NCBI RefSeq assembly: GCF_006345805.1
Contig: NW_021832375.1
Location: 248,001 to 312,000, forward strand
DNA from: Octopus sinensis
Taxonomy: Eukaryota
Direction of reading: 5' to 3'
Length of the DNA stretch: 64,000 bases
The translations under genes were made by a program, and so were the position numbers. Below are positions 12,631-26,729 of the stretch, piece after piece (the stretch's first letter is position 1; the number at the start of each line of letters is the position of its first letter). The notes beneath the pieces are model-generated. The model did not search any database and had not been told where the DNA came from. It saw only the letters and a program-made list of their open reading frames with translations.

Positions 12631-13380
12631 ACATTGGCATTGCTGGCATTATGCATGGGCAATGGTCAGTGATGGTCTTACTCGGTCACGAGTGGACAAC
12701 CTACATCATCATGATGTATGTATGTATGTATGTATGTATGTATGTATGTATGTATGTATTATGTATGTATGTATGTATGCATGCATGTACGTATGCATGT
12801 ATGTATAAATGTGTAATATAAGATATAGATTCAGATAATCGCGCGGCTCTCACAGAAATTTCCTCATACGGACTCGGCTATCAGTCCACATAATAGTAAT
12901 CAATTACAAAGAAGTATAATGTAACTGAAAATCGAGATGATCAGATCGATAAACTTATTTCATGAGGATGCTGCAGAAATATTTGGCAATCGGAAATACC
13001 TAGGAATCGAAACCTGATTGCTAAGTTTCGATAATCAAGGTTTGTGTTGGAGATCAGTGAGGTTAGCTGTCATTTAGCCATTCTGATCCCTAGAAGTAAT
13101 CACTGTATCAGCACAAATGCGATTCGGCCAAATACTGACCACGCCTCAAAAGAGACTGACATTTGGACATCTGATGATCAGCAAACTGTTGTTTATAGCA
13201 TCCCTTTTTCACGGACAGACAAGCTATAAATAGAACAGTTTTACCATTAGCAGGCAGTGGAGTTTGTCATCCTGCTAGACACAACCATTCACATTCCTGT
13301 TTCATAATCGCTCAGCTGTTTGTAGTAATGACATCTATTTATTAATGATAAGCTGGCTCTTTACAAATCATGTGTGTGTG

Positions 13381-13687
13381 TGTGTATTATTTTTGAAATG
13401 TAACATGTCTGGAATAGCATAACAATACAGAGTGGACTATGATAACTGCTATAAATAATTTAATTATTCACAGTATAATATTTCGGAATAAAAATTCCTT
13501 CTTCAGAGTTTGCTAGGAAGTAATGGAATCACAGTGACTCCATTATTTCCTTGCAATCTCTGAAGAGGGAATTTTTATATTCCGAAATATTAGACTATGA
13601 ATAATTAAATTATATATAGCAGCTTTTATAGTCCACTCTGCATTGTTGTACCATTCCAGACACGTTACATTTCACAAACAATACACA
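13381..13687. repeat. ~150-bp-arm palindrome with two degenerate hammerhead cores
   Basis: Centre tcac-a-gtga near 13532. Right arm CTGAAGA-GGGAAT..ATTCC-GAAA; left arm on minus CTGAAGA-AGGAAT..ATTCC-GAAA. Confidence 0.8.
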
Positions 13688-13705
13688 ATGCTTTCAGCAA
13701 GTAGA

Positions 13706-13734
<29 letters not shown>

Positions 13735-13740
<6 letters not shown>

Positions 13741-14335
13741 TAAGGGTAGAAATCAATATTTATCAATTAAAACCAGTGGTCTAACATATTAAAAAAATCC
13801 GAAGATTAAATATTTATATATACCAATTGAGGACTGAACACGAAAAAGTGGACAGTCAACATGCTAGATATAGACGTCAAATCGCCATTCTCCACAAAAG
13901 ATTATGTTCTCAGATCAAACTCAACACCAACCCAATTATTAGCTAATTATTAGCTAATTATTAGCTGCAGGCTATTTTCTTCGGGTCTCAACGCGCCAAG
14001 GTGAAAGGCATTTGAAAAACACATTCGAATGTAATCGGTTGAACTCTACGCACATGATGATACTCCGGTATCGTTTTTGCATCTAGTTCAGCAGATTTCA
14101 TTCATATCGGCCATGCTGACGAAGACTACGGGTATCCTTACGGATAATAATAGTCGAAACTGATTCAGTACATGGATGAGTATTATTTTTCGTATATTTT
14201 CACTTGTTTATTGCTTGGGTTGGTGTTGAGTTTGATCTGAGAACATAATCTTTTGTGGAGAATGGCGATTTGACGTCTATATCTAGCATGTTGACTGTCC
14301 ACTTTTTCGTGTACAGTCCTTAATTGGTATATATA
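13735..14335 (+). mobile_element. PLE-pLTR-like non-coding element with ~120-bp inverted repeats and a hammerhead, between (TA)n tracts
   Basis: 13817-13935 is a near-perfect reverse complement of 14215-14333; the spacer contains the HHR at 14111-14175. Confidence 0.75.
14111..14175 (+). ncRNA. Type I hammerhead ribozyme (apparently intact)
   Basis: Stem I CCATG/CATGG; core CTGACGA plus one extra A; stem II GACTA/TAGTC enclosing a TATCC/GGATA hairpin; GAAA; stem III ACTG/CAGT; GUA cleavage triplet ending at 14170. Confidence 0.85.
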
Positions 14336-14719
14336 TATATATATATAAACATTGAAATTGTTTCAGCTTCAATGTTGCGGTAATGCCGGGCAACCAGATA
14401 TATAAATGGCATTCAAAATTTACGACACCTGTTTAGATAGAATTTTATTGATGTACTCATAGACTACATCATAGCATATAAACCACCATTTTCAAGTAAA
14501 ATTCTAAACTGATACCTTTCTCTTCGATTCTTAAGAAATATTCACATCAGTAGAATAGATAACCACTATGATAGTACATACTCTTTCTCGTTTGTCTCAA
14601 ACAACAAAAAGCTGCCTGCTATGTTTACAAATGTTTTGATGAATATGTTCGACCAGCACTCCTTGTGTACGTGGACTGATCATATATGAATCCGAACTGT
14701 TGCTATAGTAACGAAGCTA

Positions 14720-15308
14720 AAGCACGGAGGGTGAGGCCGCTTGACACATACTGACCTTGAACTCTGTTGTGCATGTGCACTAAGTTTTAACGTTCTAGGT
14801 CACTTCCGTTGCTTACAGTAGTACTTGGAAGGAAGGTGTGTAACGCGTGACCGTCTCATTGACCATGACAGAGAAAGTTGAGCAGAGAATCTGCATCAAA
14901 TCTTGCCAAATGTTTGGCGATACCTGTTCAGAGGCCTACACAAAGTTTTTAAAAAGTTTCATCGTTCTCGACACAATCTAGGAGATTTTGTGCAACTGAA
15001 ACCCGACTGTCTTTTTGGTCTGTTGAAAACAGTTTTGGCACAAAATTGGCAGACACGTGTCTCATACCCAAATCTTCAGTGATAATGGACTGAACTGAAC
15101 CGTAGCTAATCTGCACATCCTCGGACAACTCACGGATGATGATTCGACGATTTCCCTCACAGCTGCATGCACATCTCTGATGTTTTTCTCAGTTCTGTTG
15201 GTTGCGAGTCTCCCAGTGCATTCGTCAATATCGACAAATTTTCGGCCATCTAGGAAACGTCTGAACCAGTCTTACACTTGTGTGTGGTTCATACACTCCT
15301 CCCCATAT
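14720..15308. mobile_element. Mariner transposase remnant with internal inversion
   Basis: Plus from 14865: MTEKVEQRICIKSCQMFGDTCSEAYTK. Minus 15308-14945: YGEECMNHTQV*DWFRRF..ISYGSVQSIITEDLGMRHVSANFVPKLFSTDQK. Confidence 0.85.
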
Positions 15309-15414
15309 GGCAGTCGGAACTCTCCTTTTACAAAACAATATCCCACAGTGCATTATCTTTACAAGGGCTTATCCCTATATTTGGGATATTTGACTTGTCT
15401 GTAGAAGAAATTTG

Positions 15415-15858
15415 GGATCTTTTCGGTTTGAACGGCAGTTTTTAAAATAATTTCCACATAACTAAACACTTTTAAACTTCGTATACTGGTAGAATGTGTT
15501 TATAAAACATCTTTTTCTCTTGGCTTTATTGAGAAAATTCTATAGTTTGTAAGATATTTGTTGTTTTTTTTCTTCAATTTCTGCAATTTCAACCAATCAA
15601 AGACGTCTATTGAGGTAAAAAACATTCTGTGCCGTATGAATATGTCCCTCGTTTAAGAAACAGATTGGGTTTATTTACATTTTTGAAGAAAAAAGATATC
15701 CTTCCCCCACCCCTAACCCTTCCCCCAACCCCTAACCCTAGCTAACCCTAACCCTAAAACAGATTGAAATGCAATAGATCGATACTAGGGTCATAATTAT
15801 GAGTGACAATTTCATATGACACCGCTAGAAAAAACTGCTGTTCAAACCGAAAAGATCC
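15415..15858 (-). mobile_element. Merlin-like MITE copy 5
   Basis: Both TIRs present; no matching TSD. Confidence 0.85.
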
Positions 15859-16387
15859 CTGATTTTCAACAACAAAATGCGAACATACGTGTGTTTGTGC
15901 ATGTACGTGTGTACACAAATGCATATATAGAGAGAAAGAGAGGAGAGAGAGATTGAGAGGGAGAGCGGGAAGGAGAGGTAGAGAAGCAGAGAGGGAAAGA
16001 GGGACAGAGGGAGTGAGTGAGTAAGTGATGGGAGACATTTGCACGCCCATACTCCAGAATGAAAGGCTGGACAGTCCGTATAAACATGCTACACACGATT
16101 CTGTTATTATACTTGCTACTGTTTTTACGCATGCGCATCTGTGAATGTTATCTGAACGTGTGGTTGAAAATGTCTGTTGATTTAGGGAAACACCCTTCCT
16201 CACCCCCCACATGCATTTATGTATGTATACACACAAATGTCTGTCTGTCTGTTTGTCTGTCTATATGTCTGTCTATGTCTGTGTCTGCCTTATATGTCTA
16301 TCTATTTATATGTCTGTCTGTATATTTGTCTGTCTATCCATTCTATTTAATCAATCTAGAGGTCTCTCTTTCTCTCCCTCTTTCTAA

Positions 16388-16431
<44 letters not shown>

Positions 16432-16515
16432 GTGTATTTTAGGATATGTATGCATGGCTGTATGAGGTTTCGTGTGCGCATGAGACGCGCCGTTCGTCGT
16501 AAGGACATAATGCAG

Positions 16516-16563
<48 letters not shown>

Positions 16564-16884
16564 TACACACACACACAAACACACACACGCACACACGTAC
16601 ATACACACGCACAGTCTCTTTATTTTATGGACGCTGGATATAATGTTGTCTGTAAAGCATTGTAACCGCACCCATATCAGTGGGCTGCTGTCTTGAGTAG
16701 TTCTGAGTAATGTCACTGGAGAAGACACAAACAAACCATTATTTTTTTTTTCATTTTTGGCAGGAAAAGTAAAAAACAAAAAAATCACAAGACTAAAACT
16801 AAACCAAGAAAAATCATAAAACAACAAAACAAATCTCAACAATATATATATATATATATATACATATTAGAGGGAAACCAACTA

Positions 16885-16920
<36 letters not shown>

Positions 16921-16926
16921 TGTATG

Positions 16927-16958
<32 letters not shown>

Positions 16959-16982
16959 TGTATGTATGTATGTATGTATGTA

Positions 16983-17013
<31 letters not shown>

Positions 17014-17278
17014 ATGTATGTATGTATTTATGTATGTGTGTGTGTGTGTGTGTGTGTGTAATACCACTCCAGCCGTACTGTACTCCGTGACACCTTGTTT
17101 TCCTAAGTTTGGATTAAATAAATATATGAAGATAAACAAGGCGAAATAAAGAAATTGCTAAACGTCGGACAGCAGTACAAAGTATAGACAGGCTCACTCA
17201 CTTTCTCCCAACCTCCCCTCTCCTTCCCCCCACACTCACTCACTCACACGTACACACATAGAACCTGTATGCGTATGA

Positions 17279-17327
<49 letters not shown>

Positions 17328-17419
17328 ATATGGGCATAATGTGTATTAGTGTGTGTGTATTATATTGAATAAATGTTATATGTGCTATATATTTTATGTT
17401 ATACATTATTTAGAATTTA

Positions 17420-18150
<731 letters not shown>

Positions 18151-18226
18151 GCATATATATGTATATGTGTGTGTATGTGTGTATACATATATGTATGTGT
18201 AAGTTTGAATTTATAATTTATATGTA

Positions 18227-18825
18227 CAGGTGTTGGACAAAATAATGGAAACACCTTCAAATTTCAAACAAATCTATTTTAATATGGAGTAGAACCACTT
18301 TTGGCAGTAATTACAGCTTGAATTCTATGGCTTTGTGCAGCTTCCGGCGAACAGTTTTTGTGGAAACTGGGTTCTCGAGGTGGTCATTAAGCTCTGCAGT
18401 AATTTTGGGAGTTGTACTTTTGTGATCCTTTCTAAGAATTCGCGTAAGAGTCCGACGGTCCCTATCTGAAAGTTTTGGTTTTCTTCCAGAGTTTTGTTTC
18501 GACGAGGAGGTTTTTCCCTCTTTCTCAAAAGCTGTCATTACTTTCGAAACAGCACTTCTTGACACACCAAACATTTAGGCTGTTTTCGTTATGCACCAAC
18601 AATTCGACCAAATCGAAAGTCCGATAGATCTGTCATTTTAATGAATTTTAATTATCTTTTCTGTTGAAATCTGGAAAAAAATAACAGCAATTTTAGCAAA
18701 ACATATTAAGCAACACTAATAATAAAAAAAAACATAAAAATAAACACACCTTTGACGGTTTTATAGATATTTCAAAATTATGATGCTATCATGCTAGGTG
18801 CTTCCATTATTTTGTCCACCCCCTG
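18227..18825 (-). mobile_element. Tc1-family deletion derivative
   Basis: TIR CAGG.G.TGGACAAAATAATGGAA.CACCT at both ends with TA TSD; transposase HTH FGVSRSAVSKV..GRKPKLSDRDRR..VSTKTVRRKLHKA. Confidence 0.9.
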
Positions 18826-19177
18826 TATATGTATATATGTATATGTGTATAAGTATATAGGTATATAGAATATTGTGAGTAGATAAACATACTAATTTCT
18901 TATGTAAATTGTATTACAGTATAATTCTATGTTAGCTGTAATTATTTAAATTGAATAGTAAATTTCAATTTGAAGGGATAATAAAATTATCCAAAAGGTT
19001 GCGAGACGCAACGAAAAGTTTAGAAAAATAAAAAAAGAAATTAAGTCGAAATTTTACCAGTTAAAAGGCACCATAAGAGAACGACTCTCCTCAGATACAG
19101 CAGAATAATTATATAATTATATATTTATTTACTATTTAATACACAGATTTATATATGTAAATATATGTAAATATATG

Positions 19178-19261
19178 AATTTTTTGCGTAATGAGATAAA
19201 AAAACCAAGGCTGTATAGATATTAGAGCCTTGTTTTTTTTATCTCATTACGCAAAAAATTT
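19178..19261. repeat. Short hairpin, ~35-bp arms
   Basis: aatttttgcgtaatgagataaaaaaaccaaggc / gccttgttttttttatctcattacgcaaaaaatt. Confidence 0.8.
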
Positions 19262-19492
19262 ATATATACACACGCTGACATAGAACCAACGTTCAACCCT
19301 TTATTCGCAATATTACCAAATCTGCAACGTAACTATGGTCTGTCTATAGCACTTATTCAGCATTACCTGACACCTTTGGGTCTCATTGACACCATTATCT
19401 CTTATAACCTCAACTATTTATGTAAATATATATGGGGAAGTATTTAGGGGTATATATATGTGTATATGAAAGAATAACTAATTATTTTCTAT

Positions 19493-19526
<34 letters not shown>

Positions 19527-19547
19527 CATTATTATTATTATTATTAT

Positions 19548-20050
19548 TGAGTGAGCGAGCAGAGCATGCCATCAAAGTGACACTGGGGTAAAATATACGA
19601 AGCCCAATATACCCATCATGACTACCCGTCTGATAAAGGTGCACCAGGCACATGCATCACAACCATATGTGCGCGACATGGTGATCTCATATCAAGATAA
19701 ACAGCGCATGACCTTGCAGGTGGAGCCCAGTTAGAATTTTCTTCAGATCGAGTAACCCATCCCGCTCAAAAGGTCCCTGAATAAGGGTTGTTTAAGGACG
19801 TTGAACGAAACACCCATGTTTCCAGAGGTGAATTATTCAAAACCCAAAGAATCCTTCTCAACACATGGCTATGATGCTCCCCCACTACTTCTGCTCGTGA
19901 TCAGAGATGCACATATCGTCAGCCACTAAGGGACATGCTCAACTGGTTAAGGTCAAACAACTGACAAGCAAATCTGTGGTATTGAGCAGAATATTTGCTG
20001 TAGCCCATCTTTTATACCAAGACAAAACAATGTACATGATAACACTTCCA
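19548..20050 (-). mobile_element. (AAT)n-tailed non-coding retroelement 3' fragment in a TAA microsatellite
   Basis: Highly similar to 22910-23388 and 28738-29226; (ATT)n on both sides. Confidence 0.75.
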
Positions 20051-20076
20051 TTATTATTATTATTATTATATTATTA

Positions 20077-20123
<47 letters not shown>

Positions 20124-20562
20124 TATTATTATATTATTATTATTATATTATTATATTATTATTATTATTTATATATTTAGGTAAATGTATACTAACATAT
20201 ATTTCATGTGTGTATATGTATATGTATGCATATATGTGTGTCTGTATATGTGTATATATCTATATAGGGTATTAAATATTTTTACAAATTTATTACCAGT
20301 GGCCTAGCATGCATAAAGAGTCAATAGACTACAAATTATTCAATATAAAATAGTGTACATCTAAACACAAAGAGAAATTACCAATAACAAGCAATTTCTA
20401 CACGCTAGGAGACAGTCAAAACGACTGAAGACTACAGAGAAATTTAAGCAATTTCAAAGGGAATGAAAAATAAAAAAAACTTTTACCTTGTTTTTACGGT
20501 TATACTTATAGGTTTTAAATGTACACTATTTTATATGTGTATATATATGTGTGTGTGTGCGC

Positions 20563-20602
<40 letters not shown>

Positions 20603-20970
20603 TATGTATGTATGTATGTATATGTATATGTCAGAATATCTGTATGTATTTGAATTCATGTACTTAATGGATCATTACTTAATTAAGGAATATAAATAAC
20701 GAAATAAATTGATAAGGAATCAAATTAATTAACAGACACATAATGTTGTTGTATAACTCTAACGTTATCGATGATAATGCAAACGCAGTTTTTACTGTCT
20801 TTATCACGTGATCCACATTTTTGATATAATTGAAATTTGAAAAAAATATTTTATTGGGACTGACTGATTCGTAAGTTTAAATTGGTATATTAATAGGGAT
20901 ATTTATAATGATTCAGTGAATTACTAACTAAATTTTATATTATATTATACATAGGCGCAGGAAACCCGTC

Positions 20971-21016
<46 letters not shown>

Positions 21017-21277
21017 TATATATATGTGTATATGTATATGCTTGTGTGTCTGTTTGCCCCGCCACCATCACTTGACAATCGATGTTGATGTGTTTACCGT
21101 AATCTAGCAGTTCAGCAAAAGACACCGATGAAATAAGTACTAGGCTTACAAAGAATAAGTCCTGGGATCGATTTGATCGACTATAGGCGGTGCTCCAGCA
21201 TGGCGTAGTCAAATGACTGAAACAAATGAAAGAATGATATAATTGTCTAATATAATATTAATATATACAAATACTCT

Positions 21278-21622
21278 AATGGTTAGGGCAGCGGACTCGC
21301 GGTCGTGGGATCACGGTTTCGATTCCCAGACCGGGTGTTGTGAGTGTTTATTGAGCGAAAATACCTAAAGCTTCACGAAGCTCCGACAGGGGGTGGTGGC
21401 GAACCCTGCTGTATTCTTTCACCACAATTTTTCTCTCACTCTTTCTTCCTGTTTCTGTTGTACCTGTATTTCAAAGAGCCAGCCTTGTCACGCTGAATCT
21501 CGCAAAGAACTATGTTAAGGGTACACGTGTCTGTGGAGTATTCAGCCACCTGCACGTTGATTTCACGAGCAGGCTGTTCCGTTGATCGGATCAACTGGAA
21601 CCCTCGTCGTCGTAACCGACGA
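21278..21622 (+). mobile_element. tRNA(Arg)-like-headed SINE family C
   Basis: tggttagggcagcggactcgcggtcgtgggatcacggtttcgattccc (A/B boxes, TCG anticodon-like loop); head shared with 32560-32717. Confidence 0.75.
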
Positions 21623-21914
21623 ATGTATTTGTCTTAAGTTTGAATAAAAGTTATAAGTTTAAAATTATATTATTTTATTTTATCTTGAATAATTACAAGG
21701 ATTTAATTTAATTTTATAGTAGACTCTATAGTAATTAAAAACATTTCTATTGTCATTTCCGGTTCTTCTGTTTTTTCGAAATTATAAACATATTGATTTA
21801 AAGTGGGTTATTCTCCTCTGAAAGACTAAATAAATATTTGTTTATTTATTTATCTTATGTAATCATTAGTATAAATAAGAAATATATTAGTACATAAGCA
21901 AAGATTATGGGTGG

Positions 21915-22043
21915 CTTATGAACCACATGATTCTGGGTTCAGTCCCACCACGTGGCACCTTGGGCAAGTGTCTTCTAATATAGTATTGGGCCGACCAAAG
22001 CCTTGTGAGTGGATTTGGTAGATGGAAACTGAAAGAAGCCCGT

Positions 22044-22077
<34 letters not shown>

Positions 22078-22328
22078 TAAATAAAATAAAACATATGCAT
22101 ATATATAAACATATATGTACGTACCTATCTCTACATGTACATATACACGCATATATGAGTACAGGACACGAAAAGGACGTCGAACACGATGAGAATCGAA
22201 AACATAGACACAAACCAAAGGAACTGGACATTTTTTTAAAAACAGCAAAAAAATAGAGTACAGGACAATTAACACAAAGAACAAACCCCTTCTTCAGTCG
22301 CTAAAGGTTTCATCTACTCTACGTTTCG

Positions 22329-22382
<54 letters not shown>

Positions 22383-22615
22383 ATGTGTGTGTGTGTGTAT
22401 AAGTCTATGTGTCTGTGTTCGTTCACCCAACATCGTTTGACAACCGACGCTGGTGCGTTTACGTCCCCGTAAATTAGCGGTTCGGCAAAAGGGACTGATA
22501 GAATAAGTACTAGGATAAGTATTAAGCTTATAAAGAATAAGTCCTGGCGTCGATTTGTTCGAGTTTAGGCAGTGCTCCAGCATGGCTGCAGTGAAAATGA
22601 CTGAAACAAGCAAAA
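21915..22615 (+). mobile_element. SINE family A with an internal insertion (22140-22330) in its microsatellite
   Basis: 5' half 21915-22045, 3' half 22405-22615; the insert is homologous (reverse orientation) to 10283-10390. Confidence 0.75.
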
Positions 22616-22909
22616 GTATATTTAGCCACGATTAATAGCGGATTGCTTTTATTTTATCATACTTGTGAAAATAAGGATTTTTTCCTCAATAAATTGTCTG
22701 AATAACATGTATTTTTTCTAATCGTATGGAAGAATAAAGGAGATATTTCTTATTTCGCCATAAATTCTAAGCATATAATTTATCGTTGGGTCTGAATTGG
22801 AATAATTGTAGGATCATAATAGTTATATTTATTTTATATTATAATTACAATATAGTATTAATATTATTATAGTATTATGTAAATATTAATAATAATAATA
22901 AAAAAATAC

Positions 22910-23388
22910 ATTGTTTTGTCTTGGTATAAAAGATGGGCTACAGCAAATATTCTGCTCAATACCACAGATTTGCTTGTCAGTTGTTTGACCTTAACTAGTT
23001 GAGCATGTCCCTCGGTGGCTGACGATGTGTGCATCTCTGATCACGAGCAGAAGTAGTGGGGGAGCATCATAGCCATGTATTGAGAGGGATTCTTTGGGGT
23101 TTGAATAATTCACCTCTGGAAACATGGGTGGTTCGTTCAACATCCTTAACCAACCCTTATTCAGGGACCTTTTGAGCGGGATAGGATAATCGACCTGAAT
23201 TCTAACTGGGCCCCACCTGTAAGGTCATGTGCTGTTTATCTTGATATGAGATCACCATGTCGCGCACATATGGTTGTGATGCATGTGCCTAGTGTACTCT
23301 TATCAGACGGGTAGTCATGATGGGTATACTGGGCTTCGTATATTTTACCCCAGTGTCACTTTGATGGCATGCACTGCTCTCTCACTCA
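22910..23388 (+). mobile_element. (AAT)n-tailed retroelement 3' fragment
   Basis: Ends ctctctcactc followed by (AAT)n to ~23505. Confidence 0.75.
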
Positions 23389-23399
23389 ATAATAATAAC

Positions 23400-23493
<94 letters not shown>

Positions 23494-23575
23494 GTAATGA
23501 TAATAATATAGTATTATGTTAATAAATTAAAATGTGTCAATCGTAATTCTCCATTTTCTTTTCATTATATATATA

Positions 23576-23845
23576 CTGGGGGAGAATTCACAACAAAAAC
23601 AAAAACAAAAGACGAAGACAGGTGGTGTAGACAACAAACAGATGTATTAGTATAACGTACGAGAAGTGAAAAGTCTTTAACGTTTCGAGCCTATGCTCTC
23701 CCACAGAAAGAAACAAGGAGAGAAAATTAAGAATGTGTAGTGGCTAGCAATCTATCATGGCGAATGCCGGGCAGAAGTGTCACACAGGAGAGCTAGGGAG
23801 AAGGGGAGATAATAAAGTGGTGGTGATCTCAAAACGAAGGTGCGC
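23576..23845 (-). mobile_element. Short non-coding element with degenerate minimal hammerhead (23674-23711)
   Basis: Minus: TCTTT-CTGTGGG-A-GAGC-ATAG-GCTC-GAAAC-GTT-AAAGA. Confidence 0.55.
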
Positions 23846-23934
23846 GTTCGTGTGTATAAGAGAGTTTGTATGTGCGTGTGGAAGAGGGCTGGTGATCTTG
23901 CCGTTTGCGTGTGTATATGTGTAGGTGTGAAAAT

Positions 23935-23988
<54 letters not shown>

Positions 23989-24139
23989 AACAGGCATGGT
24001 CGTGTGGTAAGAAGTTTGCTTCGCAACCACCTGGTTCTGGGTTCAGTCATACTGCTTGGCACCCTGAGCAAGTATCACCTACTATATCATCGGGCTGACT
24101 AAAGCCTTGTGACCATGTCTAATAGACGGGGAATATATA

Positions 24140-24550
24140 TATATTCTTTTACTCTTTTACTCTTTTACTTGTTTCAGTCATTTGACTGCGGCCATGCTGG
24201 AGCACCGCCTTTAATCGAGCAACTCGACCCCAGTACTTATTCTATCGGTCTCTTATGCCGAACCGCTAAGTAACGGGGACATAAACACACCTGCATCGGT
24301 TGTTAAGCAATGCTAGTGGGACAAACACAGACACACAAACACACACACGCATATATGTATATATATATATATATATATACATATATACGACGGGCTTCTT
24401 TCAGTTTCCGTCTACCAAATCCTCTCACAAGGCTTTGGTTGACCCGAGGCTATAGCAGAAGACACTTGCCCAAGGTGCCACGCAGTGGGACTGAACCCTG
24501 AACCATGTGGCTGGTAAACAAGCTACTTACCACACAGCCACTCCTGCGCC
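24140..24550 (-). mobile_element. SINE family A (full length)
   Basis: Reverse complement of the copy at 31483-31852. Confidence 0.85.
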
Positions 24551-24642
<92 letters not shown>

Positions 24643-25205
24643 ATATATATGTGTATGTGTGTGTGTGTGTGTGTGTATGTGTGTCTCAGTGTATGTGTTT
24701 GTCCTCACCCCACCACTTGGTAACTAGTACTGGTGTGTTACGACTTCAATAGAATACGCACCATGCTTTTAAAAAACAATTTCTGGGTTCGATTCATTGG
24801 CTAAAAATACTTACAGGTGGTGCCCCAGCTTGGCCGCAAGTCTAAAGACTGAAACACATAAGAAATACATACTAAATAAAACGTACATACAAACAAAAAT
24901 ACATACGCATGTGTGTGTATGTATGTATTCAGAAAAAATTGAATAATAAGGAGAGCTTTAAGTCTGTGTTGAGTCAACCTTGAGATTCCTGACAAACCTT
25001 GAAAAAAGGTATGTAACTGATGAGGTTGCGAATAGCGATTAAAAAGATTTTGGGAATCGATTGGTTGTTAAACCAACACATGAAACAAATGATCGATTAG
25101 TGAGTTGGTTAAATATTTAACAAGAAACTGAGTAATAATAAAGAAGTGGATATTGAACCAGTGCGTGTGTATATTATTGGCGTAATTACTTTGCAAGAGA
25201 CACCA

Positions 25206-25247
<42 letters not shown>

Positions 25248-25509
25248 TACTCTTTACTCTTTTACTTGTTCCAGTCATTTAACTGCGGCCATCCTGGAGC
25301 ACCGCCTTTAGTCGAGCAAATCGACCCCAGGACTTATTCTTATATATATATATATTATATATATCATGAAATTGCGCTCGAGACCTTTGTCGATAACTGA
25401 GGAAAAATTGGCAACCTGTGCTTGTTCTCCGTGCGTCTGTGCATTGAGTATATTTAATATACTCGTATGTCGTTTGTTTATAACTATGTGTTTGACTTCT
25501 GGGAAAAAA

Positions 25510-25553
<44 letters not shown>

Positions 25554-25955
25554 CATTTCCGTAATTCTCTCTCCTCTTTCGGGCGCCGAGAGCTGGGAAT
25601 ACTTTTTTCGCGGGGTTCTCCGTTTCACCCCCTTGTTTTCTCCTTAAATATTTTCACCTTTGTTTTCATAGACATTACGGATCCACACATGCTAACTCGC
25701 ACATGTGTATATCTACGAATACATATCATACACACACACACACACAACGAGAGTGAGAGAGAGAGGGAAGAGAGAGACATATTTTTAGCATCTTCTGTTT
25801 CCCCTCATGGGTGGTCAGCCCATTGGTTTCTTAATTGGTGCTAATTGAGATTATATGTTTGGTTTATCAAACTGATTATTATTTATTTATCTTCACCGTT
25901 ACCGTTTATCACTAGAGGAAAACCACCATCATTTACATCCTCACTTTTATCTATC

Positions 25956-25992
<37 letters not shown>

Positions 25993-26239
25993 CCACCAAC
26001 AGCAACAGAAGCAGCAATACTTCTCATTCACCTCTTCTTCCACCATTTCCCTCCTCTTTCTCTTGTTGACCTTTCTCTACTCGCTCTTCGTCTCATTACC
26101 GTCAGCAGTGGTAGTAGCAGTAGTAGCTGTAGCATTTTAAAGATAGCATTTCACCCATATTATCTACCAGTGAGTGAGTTGTACTGCTTTAAGAATACTC
26201 CTGTAAGTCGGAGAACGACTTAGAAGGGAAGGCAAATAT

Positions 26240-26436
26240 TTCTTTACTGCCCACAAGGGGCTAAACATAGAGGGATCAAACAAGGACAGACAAAGGGATT
26301 AAGTCGATTACATCGTCCCCGAAAGGATGAAAGGCAAAGTCGACCTCGGTGGAACTTGAACTCAGAACGTAACGGCAGACGAAATACGGCTATGCATTTC
26401 GCCCGGCGTGCTAACGTTTCTGCCAGCTCGCCGCCT
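26240..26436 (-). mobile_element. SINE family B
   Basis: Minus: ggcggcgagctggcagaaacgttagc..gttctgagttcaa..gaggtcgactttgcctttcatcc; diverged relatives near 6600, 41640 and 62310-62725. Confidence 0.7.
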
Positions 26437-26645
26437 CGAGGGCAGGCAAATAACCATGATGTTAATAGTGCTTTTGGATCCACTAAGTTACAAAATTGTT
26501 CCCAGATAGAGGTTCTCTTATATCAGAAGGATTGCGTCCCCATCCCCATTGATATTTTGTACAATATATGCCCATTAACATTTACATGCATACATACATA
26601 CGCCCATGCATCTTTACATACATATGCACACGCCCACATACATAC

Positions 26646-26729
<84 letters not shown>

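Noticed and set aside
21278-21335. Functional tRNA genes (also 32645-32717, 36465-36535, 40985-41068)
   Set aside because: tRNA-like heads continue into SINE bodies and lack a proper acceptor stem.
25012-25095. Hammerhead candidate CTGATGA..GAAAC
   Set aside because: No convincing stems I, II or III.
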